A stretch of DNA of 64,000 nucleotides from Psilocybe cubensis (GCA_017499595.2 CM039007.1:2046001-2110000); one strand, 5' to 3'. Shown: positions 49,459 to 63,238, counted from the stretch's first letter. The notes: generated by a model not told the origin, from the letters alone. Translations and numbers: made by a program.

Positions 49459-52400
49459 ATGACAGACCTATACCCAATGCTGAAGCGAGAAGGGAGCCAG
49501 AGCCCGACATCTAAGCCCAGCTTGAGCCATCTAAACGGCCATGACCTGTCGGGGTCACTCCGCACCAAAAACGAGTCCTTAGCTGCGACTCCTTTGTCCT
49601 CTCCTGCCATTTCGGCTCCCACAACCATGGAGGTCAACGTCAAGTCCGAGCACGACCTAACTCACGACGTCGCCTCGCCTTCACAGTCACCTACGCTTGT
49701 CGCCGACCCCACACCTCAAAATTTCAAGGCGTCCCGCTCACCCAGCCCTCTGCCCTCAACAACCGATGCCGCATCCCCAAAGTCGGTATCTCCACCGCTC
49801 ACAGCACCACCCAAGTCTGGAAAAAAGGCTCCTGCTGCACCCATCCAGCTCATTGGTGACCTTCCTATTGCCCGAGAGGAGGCTGTGAGAACGTTCAATG
49901 AGATTTTTGACAACAATTATCAATACAAGACGCTGGGGCGCTCTAGAGAGGCCCTTGAGAGCATGATTTGCGATTGTACATATGAGCACGGTTCGTCCTT
50001 ATGTTCCTTCGTGCTTCTCTACCTTTCATATGTAGATACTATTGTGTACATGGACTCGTTTCGGTGGTTTGGATTGTGGGCAGGCAGTGTCTTACGTATC
50101 TCATAGGCGTCGACGACGTGGACGATGCCTGTGGGGCATATTCCGACTGCATAAACAGGCTGACTCAGGTTGAATGTCTGGAAGAAGACTGTCGGTGTCG
50201 GTCGTACTGTCAGAACCAGAGGTGAGATAATCTACTCTAGCTTAGTGTCTGAGGTGATGTTGACTAGATGTGCCCGTGCCACTCCACCTCAGGTTCCAAC
50301 GCAAAGAATACGCCAACATTGAAATCGTACTGACTGAGAAAAAGGGTTATGGATTGCGAGCAGAGGAAAAGCTGCCCAAGTGAGTTTCCTACAACTCTGA
50401 GTCACTCCATGCCTCACACCGCGTTGCCCTCGGTTGATAGGGATACTTTTATCTACGAGTATGTTGGAGACGTGGTGAATCCGGTATCTTTCAAGAAGCG
50501 CATGCGTGAATATGCAGAGGAAGGAATTCGGCACTTCTATTTTATGATGCTACAGAAGGATGAGGTATGTCCACTGCATACTGTTGATTTATGAATGTAC
50601 CTAAAAATTCCTGTTAATATCTCTCGATAGTTCATCGATGCAACCAAGAGCGGTGGCATCGGGCGGTTTGCCAACCACAGCTGCAACCCGAATTGCTATG
50701 TAGCTAAATGGACGGTGGGGGAACATGTGCGAATGGGGATCTTTGCGAAGCGCGACATCGAGCGTCACGAAGAGCTGACATTCAATTACAATGTCGATCG
50801 TTATGGGTTCGTTTTTTTGCCTTATCAAGGGTTGCTCTTCCTTACGTCTTTGCAGCCATCAAGCACAGGAATGTTTCTGCGGCGAGCCCATGTGCGTTGG
50901 CTATATTGGTGGGAAGACGCAAACCGATAGCGATATTGTTACAATGGATGATCTCTACCTTGATGCTCTTGGAATTACGGATGAACAGGATCTCATAGAG
51001 CTGAAGGGAACCAAGAAGAAGAAGGGCAAGAAAATCGATGATCCTGACTTCATGGTTGGTTGCATCCTTTTTGCACTTGTTGTCATATTTGAATCGATTT
51101 TTCTGCCATAGCCAACGCTGAAACCTGTCACCGAGAAGGAAGTTCCCAAAGTTGTCCAGGCCATTCGTCAGACAACCAGTCGCAAGGTGCTTTCAAAGCT
51201 CTTGTCGAGGATCAAGGCATGTTTCTCAGTTCTGAAATTTGTTCTCCATGAATTACTTACAAGCAACTTACAACCACATAGATGACAGAAGATCAAGCAG
51301 CTCTTCGTCAGATAATGCGATTACGTGGGTATAGTCTCATGACAAACGTCCTGGAAGACCACTCGGAAGATATGGAATTGATCACGCTGGTATGCTCACC
51401 AGTTAGTAGTCAATTGCCAATTTTTCTTATAATGCTTTTACTAGGCATTGGAGTGTATGAAGACATGGCCTTTGGTCAATCGAAACAAGGTCCAGGATTC
51501 TAAAGTGCATGTCCCCGTCGAGGCTTGCGCCGCTTTGGAAAACGAAGTTGTGAAAACATTGGCTCAAGCTGTATGTCCATGGCGCGTTTTGTAGAGGCAC
51601 AAGGCTGACATGCTTTAAATAGTTGTTAGCACATTGGGAGACTTTGCCCGTATACCAAAGGATACCTAAAACCAGAATATATGTGAGTTCTGAATGTCAT
51701 TTTGGTGGCTAGAATATTGACATGTTAGCAGCCTTCCATCCGCTATGACCTCCTTATACCAGCGAAACGCACTCCCGCTCCTGACCTCTCACCCAGTAAT
51801 GTTGAGAAGAAGGAGAAAAAGAAGACAGATTATGTGATTTACAAAAAACTTCTTGAACCTGTCGTGGAGCCCAAACCCGCTCCTGTGCGTAAGCGGTTCG
51901 ATGCGCCCGATTGGCGGTTAGCACCACCAGAAAAGAAACCGCGGCTACCAACAGCTGAGGACCTGGCTTTGGAGGAAGCCATAAAGCAACGCCAGATAGA
52001 GAGGAACAAGCAGTACATTCTGGAGCTGAAGGCGAAGAACGATTCGATTAAGGCGATTATTGCGTCTGCTGCTGAGGAGAAAGCGGCGGCTGAAGCTGCG
52101 CTGGTTGCTGCTGCTGCCGAGGAGAAGGCGAAGGCCGAGGCTGCAGCTGAGAAGGCGGCGCGGAGGAAGGAGAGGGCGGAAAGGAAGGTGTCAATGACAG
52201 CGGAGGATAAAGAGGCCATGAAGGAGAAGCGGTTGATGAAACTGGTGGGAGCTGTTGTGGTCAAGTGCATGTCGAAACATTCCAAGTCGTTCGACCGCGA
52301 TTCCTTCAAGAAACACGCGAAAGATGTGCGTCCGCTTCTTTTTCTTTTCTTGTCTGTTTTAGAGATTGACGCAACCTCTTTCTAGTTAACACAAATCATC

Positions 52401-53051
52401 AGTGAGAAAGAGAAAAAGTCGTCGAGCTACAAAGAAAACAAACTGGATGCTTTGTCAGACGAAAAAGTGGTGAAGATCAAAAAGTTCGCAAAGGAGTATA
52501 TTCACAAGATCATCCGAAAACTCGAGAAACAAAACAAACCGCACTCGTCGTCGACGTCGACAGCACACGACACGCCATCTACCTCAACGCACACACCGAA
52601 CTCACACGACGGCGACCGACACAGTTTCGCAGTACCAGTATCAGTCGAGGAAGCGATGGAAATGGACATTGACAGCGAAGACGATGAGGATATGGAAGTG
52701 GCGGAGGGGGCACGTTCGCGGGAACATTCTGGGCCAATGACACCGCCAGGGCCACCGCCAACATGGGCTGACGAGGAAGACGACGATGACTCTCATCACC
52801 CTTTAGCAGGTCGGCGCGGTCCTATGACACCGCCGGGGCGGCCAAGTTATCTGGACGAGGAGGGTGAGCGGGACGAGTCGCTTTCTGCTCGGATATCTTC
52901 TCGGCGTAAGGCTGTGTCCCCGCCAGGGCGGTCAGCTTCAAGTTGGGCGCTGGACGAGGATGTATCGATGGCGGACGCGCGGTACCCTGGCTCGATCACG
53001 ATGGACCCACGTCGACACCTTCCCCCGCCTACTACCACCAGCAGAAGTTAG
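49459..53051 (+). CDS. SET2: Histone H3K36 methyltransferase Set2 (AWS-SET-postSET ... SRI), many exons
   Basis: [11 protein letters not shown]...[93 protein letters not shown]-like [13 protein letters not shown]...[12 protein letters not shown]. Confidence 0.93.
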
Positions 53052-53583
53052 GGTTTCCATGATCCCATGATTCCTTGATTGACTGTTTTTGTTTGGTTGT
53101 TTTCTTTATTTTATATTCGTTAATTTAATCACTTTCGTGGATCCCAACCAAGTTGTCCATTTGCCGCCTCATTGCTACGTCCTCTGTCCTGCAGTGCGCT
53201 ATCCCTGCTGTGAAAATACCCCCTTGCCTCTTTTTTCGAGTGATCAAATATTTTAAAATATTTATCGAGCTCACATGGGAAGAATACAAAATTGTGTTAA
53301 TAGAACAACAATTATATGTCGTGTTGTATATGTACAATAATACGTTGAAGTTGTTTTGAGTAAGTAGATGTCCGAATGTGGTTTATTGGTATGTGTGAAT
53401 ATGTGAATGCGATAAATGCAGTGGATGGATGGATGAAGTGATGGATGAAGTGGAGAATTTGACTGTCGAAAACATCAAAAAAAAGCTATACAAAAAAACA
53501 ATGTTGATGATACGATAATGAAAAAATGGACAAGATTACATAGAATAGATAAGTAGGCTTTTTATGAGAGAAAGAAAGAAACA

Positions 53584-56308
53584 TTATGATAGAAAATCGA
53601 TAGGATCAGGTTCGTTGTCCACTTCGACTGGTTGAGAATTCAAGTTTTGGATTCGTTGAAGAACGCTCTTGGGTGGTCCGCGTCGAACCGGCGCCTAATT
53701 TAACATCCAAGGTAAAATATTGAGTATTCATGGTTCACGCAGTGTAGCATTGGAGAGCTTACCATTGGTTGAGGTGGTGCAGCAGGGTTACTAATTCGAA
53801 AAAGAAACTACATGAGCGGGTAACATGATGATAGAAATGGAAAGGTCAGCGTACGCTTTGGATTTTGCCGTCTTGTTTGAAGACTTCGGTTTGGATTTGG
53901 ATTTGGTATTGGCAGCCGGTTTCTTAGTGGTAGAGCCTTTACCCTTGCCTTCTTTGACCTCAGATAAAACCTTCGTGCGCTTAGCCTTCCTCTCCGCCGA
54001 TTCATTTGCATCTGCCCCATCGTCGTTGGGACCCTCGGTTCGCGGACGTTTCTTTGACCCCGCAGGCTTCTTCTGCTCATTCCCTTTCTCTTTCACTTTC
54101 GACTTGGCCTGCTTGAGAGGCGCCTCGTCTGGCCATGTGGAACCTTTGGAATTGGACATCGTGAACCCCTTCTTAACAGGTGACACGGGCCCTGTCAACT
54201 CCTCCTCCGATTCAAAGCTGTCGGCGTCCGTTTCGTTTCTGGTGCTGGCCTTTGTCGACTTGGTTGAAGGTGCCTTGCTTTTGCCTTTTGTTGTGGTTAT
54301 TGCTGACTTTGAAGACGGTTCCGGGACTTTCTTCCTTTCCTTCTCCTTCTCCTTTTCCTTACCCTTCGTTTTCTCTCCCACAGAGAATTCGAAAGACGCG
54401 TGTTTCTTCATCTTCTTATCCGCTTCCGTAACTGCAATAGCAGAAGACGCAGCTCCCTTGCCTTTCGAAGCTTTATCGGCGTCTTTCTGGCTATCCGACT
54501 TTTTAACGCGCTTTTTCGGCGGTTCAGGGCTACCTTCCCCCTCCTCTTCCGATTCGCCCTCGTTGTCGTTTTGCTGAACGCGCTTCTTGCCTTTGTCACT
54601 GACGACCTTGGATGTTGTTGTGGTATTGGCAGGTACAGCTGTGCGGGCTTTGGTAGGTGGAACTGCCGGCTCAGCTTCTTCTCCTTCGTCCTCCTCTGGG
54701 ATATCGGGTAACTGCGCATTTATAGGTCGCGTCGATACATGTTTGGTAGGAGGCGGAGGTGCAGCCTTGGCCTTGGATTTAGGTTTAGCTTTAGTGGACG
54801 TCGCGCTCTTAGAGGAGGAAACTGATGTTGAAGCTGAAGTTGAAGTGGATGCTTTCGGTTTAGCCGCAGGAGGAGGCTTTGCTTTTGCTTTCGTCTTCGC
54901 CTTTGCTTTTGCAGTGTTTTTCCGGGCTTTGGATACGGGTGGTACATACTCATCTTCTGAACCACCAGAATACAGGTCGGATGATTTTCGTGGGCGTGGG
55001 CCTGGTGGTGCAGCTGACGTCGTTGCTGCTGCTGTTGAAATTGAAGGTGTAGTCGTTGTTGTCGATCGTGACGGTGGGGGTGGGGGTGGTGCTGTAGGTT
55101 TATATGCTATAGATTGTGTAGATTTAGATGGGATGATCTGGGATGGGATAGTGTTGCTGATGTTAGATTTGGACGAGTTAGATGTCGAGGGCCCGGTGGT
55201 GGATGCAACGGTGGTGGTGGTGGTATCACCACGCATCGCGGTTGGGGGTTGTTTAGTTGCATTCTTGGCTGGCTTTTTCGTAGCTTAAATATCGATAATC
55301 GCGGGTAAGTAACAAACGCAGCAAATTTTATGGCGGAACTTGGAGCTTACCTGCGCTCGCTTGTTCGGCTGCACCTGAAGAAGCTGCAGCTGCTTTGGCT
55401 TTCAACTTTGCCTTTGATTTTGCGTTCGAGGTGGTGACGTGATAATTATCCTCGTCCGCGAGCTTCTGCTGCTCTGATTTTCTCGTTGAGCTTGAACCTG
55501 AAGCTTTTTTGGAAGCTGTGGCCTTTGTAGGAACTTGACTGGAGGTTGACTTTGAAGCCTCAGTAGATGGAACAGGTTTAGTAGCTACTGCTCGTTGTGC
55601 GGATGAGATACATGAACCATACGGGTATCAGCGTTGACGTCGTACCTGGTTTTGCACCGAGGGATTTGCGGGGTGCTGTGGTGCCTTTGACGCCTTTTCC
55701 TTTATACGATCGGTCAGATAAGGCCTACATTTTTGAGGATGGAGGTAAAGTGAACACACCAGCTGCAGCTGCACTTGTAGCTGTGCTGCCATTGCCATCA
55801 CCCTTAGCCCCCGCTCCATGTACCGACACAGAAACAGACTTCCTCGGCCGCTTCTCCGGACTCCTCCTCAGCGACGCGTTGAGTGCCGTAAGCTCAACAT
55901 CTTGAGACGCCTCTTTCCCTGCACCACTCTTCCGTCGAATGTTACACAAAGGCGATGCGGATACGCTTCGCCGTTGCGGCTTCTTCAGTGGCGAGGCTTT
56001 GCCTAGCAGGATGTCTGCTAGAATGTTTCTGCTGCTCGGAACAAAGATCCTGTATGCGAACGGAGGAAGAGAGGGTATAGATGTTAGAAGTTAGATTTCA
56101 GATTTTGGGGAGATTCGCGTTTTTTGTGTATAACTATATAGAGGGACGGCGAGAGGGAGATGGAGAGGGAAGGAGAGGAGACCGCTCACCCGCCTCGATC
56201 ACGGAACCGCGACTGTTGGCGCTGCAGCCGCTGCGCGCGGCTTGCCTCGACATTCGTGATGGGAGTTGCGAGGATGACGGCGGTTTTGGGGGGCCCCTGG
56301 CCGTTCAT
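53584..56308 (-). CDS. Hypothetical K/S/A/T/P-rich low-complexity (probably nuclear, disordered) protein, multi-exon
   Basis: Exon 1 MNGQGPPKTAVILATPITNVEASRAQRLQRQQSRFRDRGG|IFVPS; long ORF 53791-55236 with NLS-like PPKKRVKK and KKRPR; final exon ...RGPPKSVLQRIQ...EPDPIDFLS*. Confidence 0.6.
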
Positions 56309-56757
56309 TTGTGTCGGTGCTCTGTTGTTGCAAGTTACGTTCAAGGTTTCAATGTTTAACGGAGGTCCAAAGGTTCAACGGTTGAACTTTGGGTGGTGCT
56401 GGTACTGATGGACCAAGTTGAAGCGTGGTTGTGGGGTGTGGGTGGGTATCGCTTGTGGAGAGAAGGAGAGTAGAGAGTCGGGGTTAGCGAGCCAACTTGA
56501 GCGCTGAGCTAGACGTTGAGCTCAGGCACCGTTCACCGTTCAAGTCACATGAGCGTGGTGTTCCCTTGCATTGCTAATTTAAAAAACCTAACCTTAACCG
56601 TGAGCCGGGTTGGCCTAATGGATAATACAAACGGAGTCGGTGCCCTCAAGCCCCACCGCCATTGTGTGTAAGAATGCTATCTCTGACTCACTCTTTCCGT
56701 GCCATTTTTTAGATTATATAAAGCCATTATATCTTTCAAATCTATCCTCGAAATATC

Positions 56758-57795
56758 ATGTCTCGTTTCTTCAAGTCCCTACACAACAAATTGTCGGATT
56801 CGCGTTCGCAGGCAAAACTCTCTGATGCGCCCCCCGAATGGGCCCCGGCTCCAGGGGAGACAGTACGTTCTCATCCTCGTCTGCTATTTTTTCACAGATA
56901 ATCTGACTTTCGAGCTATAGCACTACCGCGGGAAGGTCCACGAAGCTCCGGGAAGGGAATATGACGACGCTGAATCTTTCTGCGAACAAATACCCCTGGA
57001 TCCGCCCAGGCTGGTTCCATCAGGTGCAGTAGACAGGATAAACGAGGTCGGATGTGCTGCATGGGGAATCGATACACCTACTTCATCTCGTTTCGTAGGC
57101 CGCATCGTGAATATCAGTGACTCGAAGAATGCCTCAAAGACCGTGACCGTCGAAACAGACAGAAAATGTCAAGATGTATCGCTCTTCAGCAATTTACCAA
57201 TCATAGCAGGGCTTTATGGCATCCAAGGTAAGACTGGGGTTTATTATGAGATATGCATTAACAAGATGGATGGGATTATCGCTATCGGTGAGCGTCGCTC
57301 GTCTATCCATTTACTTCCCCGACTAAATGCCCAAATTTGCCTCTAGGTACTGCTTGTAAACCCTACCCAGAATGGCGCCTACCTGGTTGGAACAGAATGA
57401 GTGCCGGCTTTCACCTTGATGATTTTTGCAAATTCTTCGAGGACGCCGACGGTGGGCGCGACTACACCGACTCTATCACTCAGATCCGTCCTGGCGACAC
57501 CGTGGGTTGCGGATACATATTCCAAACAGGAACCATGTTCTTCACCTACAACGGAATGCGTCTTCCCGATGCATTCACAGGAATTTACCTTCCTCGGCAT
57601 AAGCAAGATGTATTTGCAGCTATTGGTGTGGAAGGGAGATGCGAATTTCAGGTAAACTTTGGTGCGGAACTTTTTCGGTGGAAAGAAGGAAACGAATGGG
57701 CGTGGAGGGTAGAGGGACATGTGGGGAGGCTAACTGGTGGGCCGTCGAGTGCTGATGATGAACTTCCTTCCTATCAGCAATCCGGAGGGCTTTAG
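56758..57795 (+). CDS. SPRY/B30.2-domain protein (Ssh4/Ear1-like), 3 exons
   Basis: SNLPII...VYYEICI...IAIG|TACKPYPEWRLPGWNRMSAGFHLDD...GDTVGCGY...FFTYNG...FAAIG...VNFG; C-terminal PY-like LPSY. Confidence 0.82.
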
Positions 57796-58245
57796 GCAGT
57801 AGCCTAGATATCTCGCTGTTACGCCTCATACCATGTTGTCTACACTTTTCCATTTTCCCTCTATGTTGGAACACTACATGTATACTTAAAATTTATACTT
57901 TTTACTTTTACCCACTATTTATCTTTGGTTTATACCTTCAAGAATCGAAAAAGATTAGCGCTCGTCGGTTATGTCATCCTGAAATCGGCTCCAACCGTGT
58001 GGGAACCCCTGAAACTGATCCAAACCATTGCAGTCTTTCCCACTCCAGTTTCCAGCTCGTCCCGAAACCACTCACAATCTAAATCATGGATGACTCTGAT
58101 CTTGAACCTTTCTTTTTTGTCGCCCTGCACTAGATGTTCAGGATATAATGTTTAACAGAGATCGAAATGACTCGCCCCTATCGATTCACGACGCCACACT
58201 GAGCAAACGCGATGGTGACACTGGCTCTCGTACTACATTTCCCAG

Positions 58246-59609
58246 ATTACCAATGGCCTGTGGTTTTTCATAGCCTCCTTTCTGCATCGCCTTGGCGCTA
58301 GCAGCATCTGCTACACCGCATTCAACGCCCTCATACGACAATACGGCCAGCGCCCCTGTCAGAAACTGTGCACGCGCCATGAGTGGTAATATGCCTCATC
58401 CTCTTTGTCGCTACCCGTGCCCCGTCCTTACTGAGTTCTCTTTCAATTTCACTTTAACCTCGACAGGCGAACTCTGAGCGATGGCCAGAAAGCAGAGTAC
58501 ATTGGCGCCGTGCGCTGCTTACAGACCAAGCCGGCGATAGCCCCTGTCTTCCCAGAAGCTGTGACGCGCTTTGACGAGTTCCAGGCGTACCATCTCCAGC
58601 AAGGAGACTTTATACATCACGTCGTGTGTATTCTTTTTTCATCTAAATTCTTCATTTTTATTGTGAATCTAGGGTCAATTTCTACCATGGCATAGATATT
58701 GGCTTCAGCTATACGAAAAAGCCCTTCGAGACGAATGCGGATATCAAGGACGCAACCCGTTCGTTTGCTCATCTCTTCTACACATTTACCCTCTAACAAG
58801 TGTCTAGATATTGGGACTGGACTATAGACTCAGACTCCAGCACCTCGTAGGTACCCCACTACCGCTGCGCTGCATAGAAAACTAACAACCTATCCAGAAT
58901 CCGAGGCTCACCCGTCTTCGACCCATACACCGGCTTCGGCGGGGACGGTGTGCCAGGTACATACACTCTCCCGCCCTGCATCCCACCCGACCAGCTCGTC
59001 TTCCCCGACAAATGGCGGGGCTGCATCGCCGACGGGCCTTTCGCCAACTACACTGTACGCCTCGGGCCAGGTAAGCTGCACACGACGCACTGCGTCGTAC
59101 GCCAGATTGACGACGCGTACGCGGTGTACCTTGACTCCCCCGCGATCGGGAGGCTTATGGCGAGCCCTACGTTTGAGGTGTTCAGGTATGAGCTTGAGGG
59201 TATGCCAGAGACGACGGACCACAGGGTGCATGATGGCGGGCACCTTTCTGTCGGCGGGGAGATGAGCAACCAGTATTCCAGTGGGTCAGGTATGCGATTG
59301 AACAATCCTACCTGTCCAACGGGCGCTAACTTGTTGGTCTTCAATGACACACCTTGTTTTATTGCTTGCCCAGACCCGTTGTTCTACCTCCACCATGCAA
59401 ATTTAGACCGTATTTGGTGGAATTGGCAACAACATGACCCCTCGAATCGTCTCTATCAAATCGGAGGACACACCTCGTTCGGTGCACCCCCGTTCACCAA
59501 CGTCTCCCTCGACTTTCCACTCGAGATGAGCAGTTCAATCGGCCCAACCATTTCCATATGGCAGACAATGAACATACACAGCGAGCACAATTGTTACACC
59601 TACGTTTGA
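58246..59609 (+). CDS. Tyrosinase-like type-3 di-copper protein, multi-exon; N-terminus unresolved
   Basis: CTRHEW|RTLS...YIGAVRCL; CuA HLQQGDFIHHV|GQFLPWHR; ECGYQGRNP|YWDWT; FDPYTGFGGDG; CIADGPF; CuB VHDGGHLSVGG...DPLFYLHHANLDRIWW. Confidence 0.85.
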
Positions 59610-59865
59610 TATTGATACTCCCCTTGCACGTTGCACTCGAGCTCGAAGAAACGTTAATAATAGCAGAATCAAGTGGCATATCATTGAACAATTTACATCG
59701 TTACACCATAACTGGAAAAAAAGTGTAAAGAAATAGTAACTGATATCTGCCTGCCTCAAAACTCCGCTCACACCGCCCATCCAACCATCCCAACCAACCA
59801 TCTCACATCCCCTCACGACCACATCACCCACGAACTCCCCCTCCCCATCGAGATCACAATCCTTG

Positions 59866-62800
59866 TCACTCCCTGAGAATCTCCCTGGCCACGCCACCAG
59901 CCAACAACAGCCCCTGCTCCTCAGGGTCCATCTCAGACGCGTCCATCGCCGAATGCAGCAACTTTGACCTATAAGTAAGTATGTACCCAGAGTTGGACAA
60001 ATTAAATTAAAGTTTGCCCGTCAGCATAGACAAGACACAGACACAATACAAAGATGTAAACACGTCAGCAAAAAATGCCACAAATTAAAAAAAGTGCAAG
60101 ATTGGAAACTCACTCTAAACGAGAAATATAGTTACCGTCCATCTCCAGTGATAATTCAGGTCCCTCGTATCTATACACAAAAGCGTTTGAGTTCCGGACA
60201 TGATTGATTTCAGTCAGTCGATTCAACAATGCAGCCGGTCCGTTCCCCACACAGAAAAAAAGAGAAATAAAAATGATAAAGTTGACAACTCACAACCCGT
60301 GCCTGAGAGCAAACTGCAGGAAACTCTTCCAGTACGGATCGCGCTGAAGCAGTGAGCCGTTCCCGATGACGACAAGCAGGTCCTTCGCCCTCGTAATCGC
60401 CACGTTCATACTGCACCCGAGAGAAAAAAAATTATGCTAGTATGCTAGTTGCACAACGGAAGAAAACGCGCCTATAACATACCGTTTGCGCTCGAATATG
60501 AGACCCATACCCTTCCTATGATCATCCTCCAAAAATCTAGCGCTCGATCTGACACAGGAGATAATAATAACCCTATTCTCTCGTCCTTGATAATCCTATA
60601 TATATCCCCAAAATATAAGCGCCCAAGGAGGTGATTAAGCACACAACCAACCATACAACCCCACACAGAGACAACCTCAGAAAAAAAAAACAAGCACTTA
60701 CCTCAACAGTACCAACATCGACCGCACTCAACCCTTTATTCCTCAGCTCCCTACGCAGCGCCCACACCTGATTGCGCCAGGGGGCCATAACCCCAATCTC
60801 ATGCGCGCGCAACGGCGGAATGCTCTTCCCCACGCTCTTCCCTCCGCCCTTCACCTTCACCTTCACCTCACCATTACTCTTTCCCAAACTCGAACTCTGC
60901 TCACCAAGCCCAAGCAGCTCCAACACCACATCCACCACAATCCTGATCTGTCCGGGGTTATACCACGACGCCTTCTCATCCGTGCTCAGCTCCGCCGCGT
61001 CCGTGCCGATCACTTTGAGAGGGAGCCGCGGGGTGCGCAGGCGCGCCCATGCGAGCGTGCCGATGCTCGCGAACGGCTGGAGACTGTCGTTGTAGAATAT
61101 CGCAGAGGGCGGCATGAGGATGACCGGGTGGCTGCGGTAATTCTGCGAGGGCAGGTGAGCTGCGAGGACAGAGGGCGAGGTGTAGTAGTTTAATTAGAGA
61201 TGTACGTACCTTGACAAGAGTTGTATACGGCGGCACCCGCCTCTTCACTCCATGGTCATTGAACGCGCACGCATTCCTCTCATACTGTGCATACAACGGC
61301 CGTTCAAAAAGCCGCTCCAGCAAGGATACCTCAAACTCGGCCGCTCTCGCTTCCTCCGACGCGACGATAGGCCCGACTACAGATAAAAAACAATACGAAC
61401 ATGAACACGAACGCACGCGCGCATGATGCGTATAGGTATAGTATCGTCAAAAAAAGTTGTAATTTTAGGGGAGAAGGAAGGTATAGCGTACGTTGGTTGA
61501 TATCTCCACAGAGTGCGAGTTGCGGGATAAATACCTGTTCACCAGTATACCCCGCCCCTGCCCCCGCCCCTGCATCCCAAGGTCGAGGAAGCACAACCGA
61601 AATAGGGATAAGCAGCTCAGGCTCCGATCCTTGAGCAGCCTACACCACACCAAACACAATGATAAAAAAACCAACGACAAAAAAACGACTGACAACGAAC
61701 CTCATCAATAATCAAATGCGTCCAATGAGGCTGAACCACATATCTCCCCTTCCCCTTTGCCGTCCGGAAAGGATGTAACGACGCCGTGACCTCCTCCTCC
61801 ATCTCCATCAGCTTCACATTCGTGCACTGCGCGCCAGCGAGGATGCCCGCGTCGAGACAGGAGCACACGACGACTCTGTACCGCATGAGGGTTTTCCATG
61901 GTGGGAGGGAGAACTTGTCGTTTTCCACATCTACACAAAGAGTCAATTTGATCAGAGACACAAGACGAAACGAGAACTTACAACAGTAAGGCTTAATAAC
62001 ATCCGGCACCTCCGCAAACGTCCTGTTAGGATCATTCAGACGCAGCATCTCGTCCTGCTTCAAGTGTTTATGCAGCCTCAGCGCAAGCGTGTCCGTAGCA
62101 GGGTTTGACGGGGCGCACAGCAGCACGCACGCCTCGGGCTGCCGGTGGAATATCTGCAGTACCGTCTCCACCACGGTTCTAAGTAACAATAGAAGTGCAC
62201 TTGTGAAGTAAAATACAACGCGATCCCGTACCTCGTCTTGCCTGTCCCAGGGGGGCCGCTGATAAGATGCGGAATCGGAGACTGGTTCAGCGCTACAGCG
62301 CAAACAGCCATCTACACAACGTCAGTAGCAGACAATTTACAGCGACATAATATCATACTTTTTGCTCCTCATTAAGCCCGTGGTCTAGCCACTGCGACTC
62401 TGCAATTTCGTCCTGGCACGGCGGCGGCAAGGGCGCGTGGAGGAGGTCCTCGGGCTCAGGGAACAACCACTGCCGCGCGAGTCCCGAGTCCGCGTCGAGA
62501 ATCTTCGCTACAGCCGACACCGCTGCCTCCATCGCACACAGCGGGCGCGAGTTGGTCATAAATGATACATTAAAATAGAACGGAAAGTGGTCGTCCGGGC
62601 CAAACACCGCATACCCGTTCTCCGTCTTGATATTGTCCTCCGTAAGCGTCACAAACGCCTGCGCGTGCTCTTTCAGCGGCACACTTGATATATCTAAAGC
62701 AGCAGAATTCATTTTGCAGTTACAAAAGCACCACACAAGACTCACGAACAAGACCCTCCCTCTTGCGCAACGCGACAACGCGTCCCTCCAGCGCCCTATT

Positions 62801-63238
62801 ACTGCCCCGCTTCTCCGCCTCCAGCACCTCGCGCAGATGCACGAGGTCCCCAATCTCCAAGTACGGATGATTCTCCCGTATCCCGGGGACAGAAAGCACA
62901 AATTCGGCATCTTTCCAAATCTCTACTTTCGGGTTGAGCTGCCACAGCACAATGCTCTCCTTCTTGCGCGCAATGGCGTCGAGCTCCCAGCGCAGAATCT
63001 CTACCCAGTGCGCATGGTAGCTCGTCGGGGTCAATGGGGATGGTTTTGCATCTGTGGGTATCGGTGGCGCGTGGAGTAGCGCGAGTCGGTCGGTGCGTAG
63101 AGATTCGTCAATTAATCGAGGAATTAAAAATGATTGTAGATATTTGAGGGATGGAAATACAGGGAGAGGAGGAAGAGGCTTTAACGGATGAATTTGGTTT
63201 TGGATATTGAGAAGATATTGGGGAACGAACACTTCTGC
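59866..63238 (-). CDS. MOV10/SDE3/Armitage-like UPF1-superfamily (SF1) RNA helicase; 5' exon(s) probably beyond the window
   Basis: Walker A ISGPPGTGKT; LCAPSNPATD; HLIIDE; CGDINQ; SLLERL; NYRSHP; IGVMAPWRNQV; DVGTVE; MNVAITRAKDLLVVIGN. The N-terminal VPGIRENHPYLEIGDLV is typical of the MOV10/SDE3 group. Last exon ends ...VAREILRE*. Confidence 0.85.

Noticed and set aside
53825-55288. Hydrophobic + strand ORFs resembling membrane proteins
   Set aside because: Reverse-complement of the K/S/T/A-rich - strand gene.
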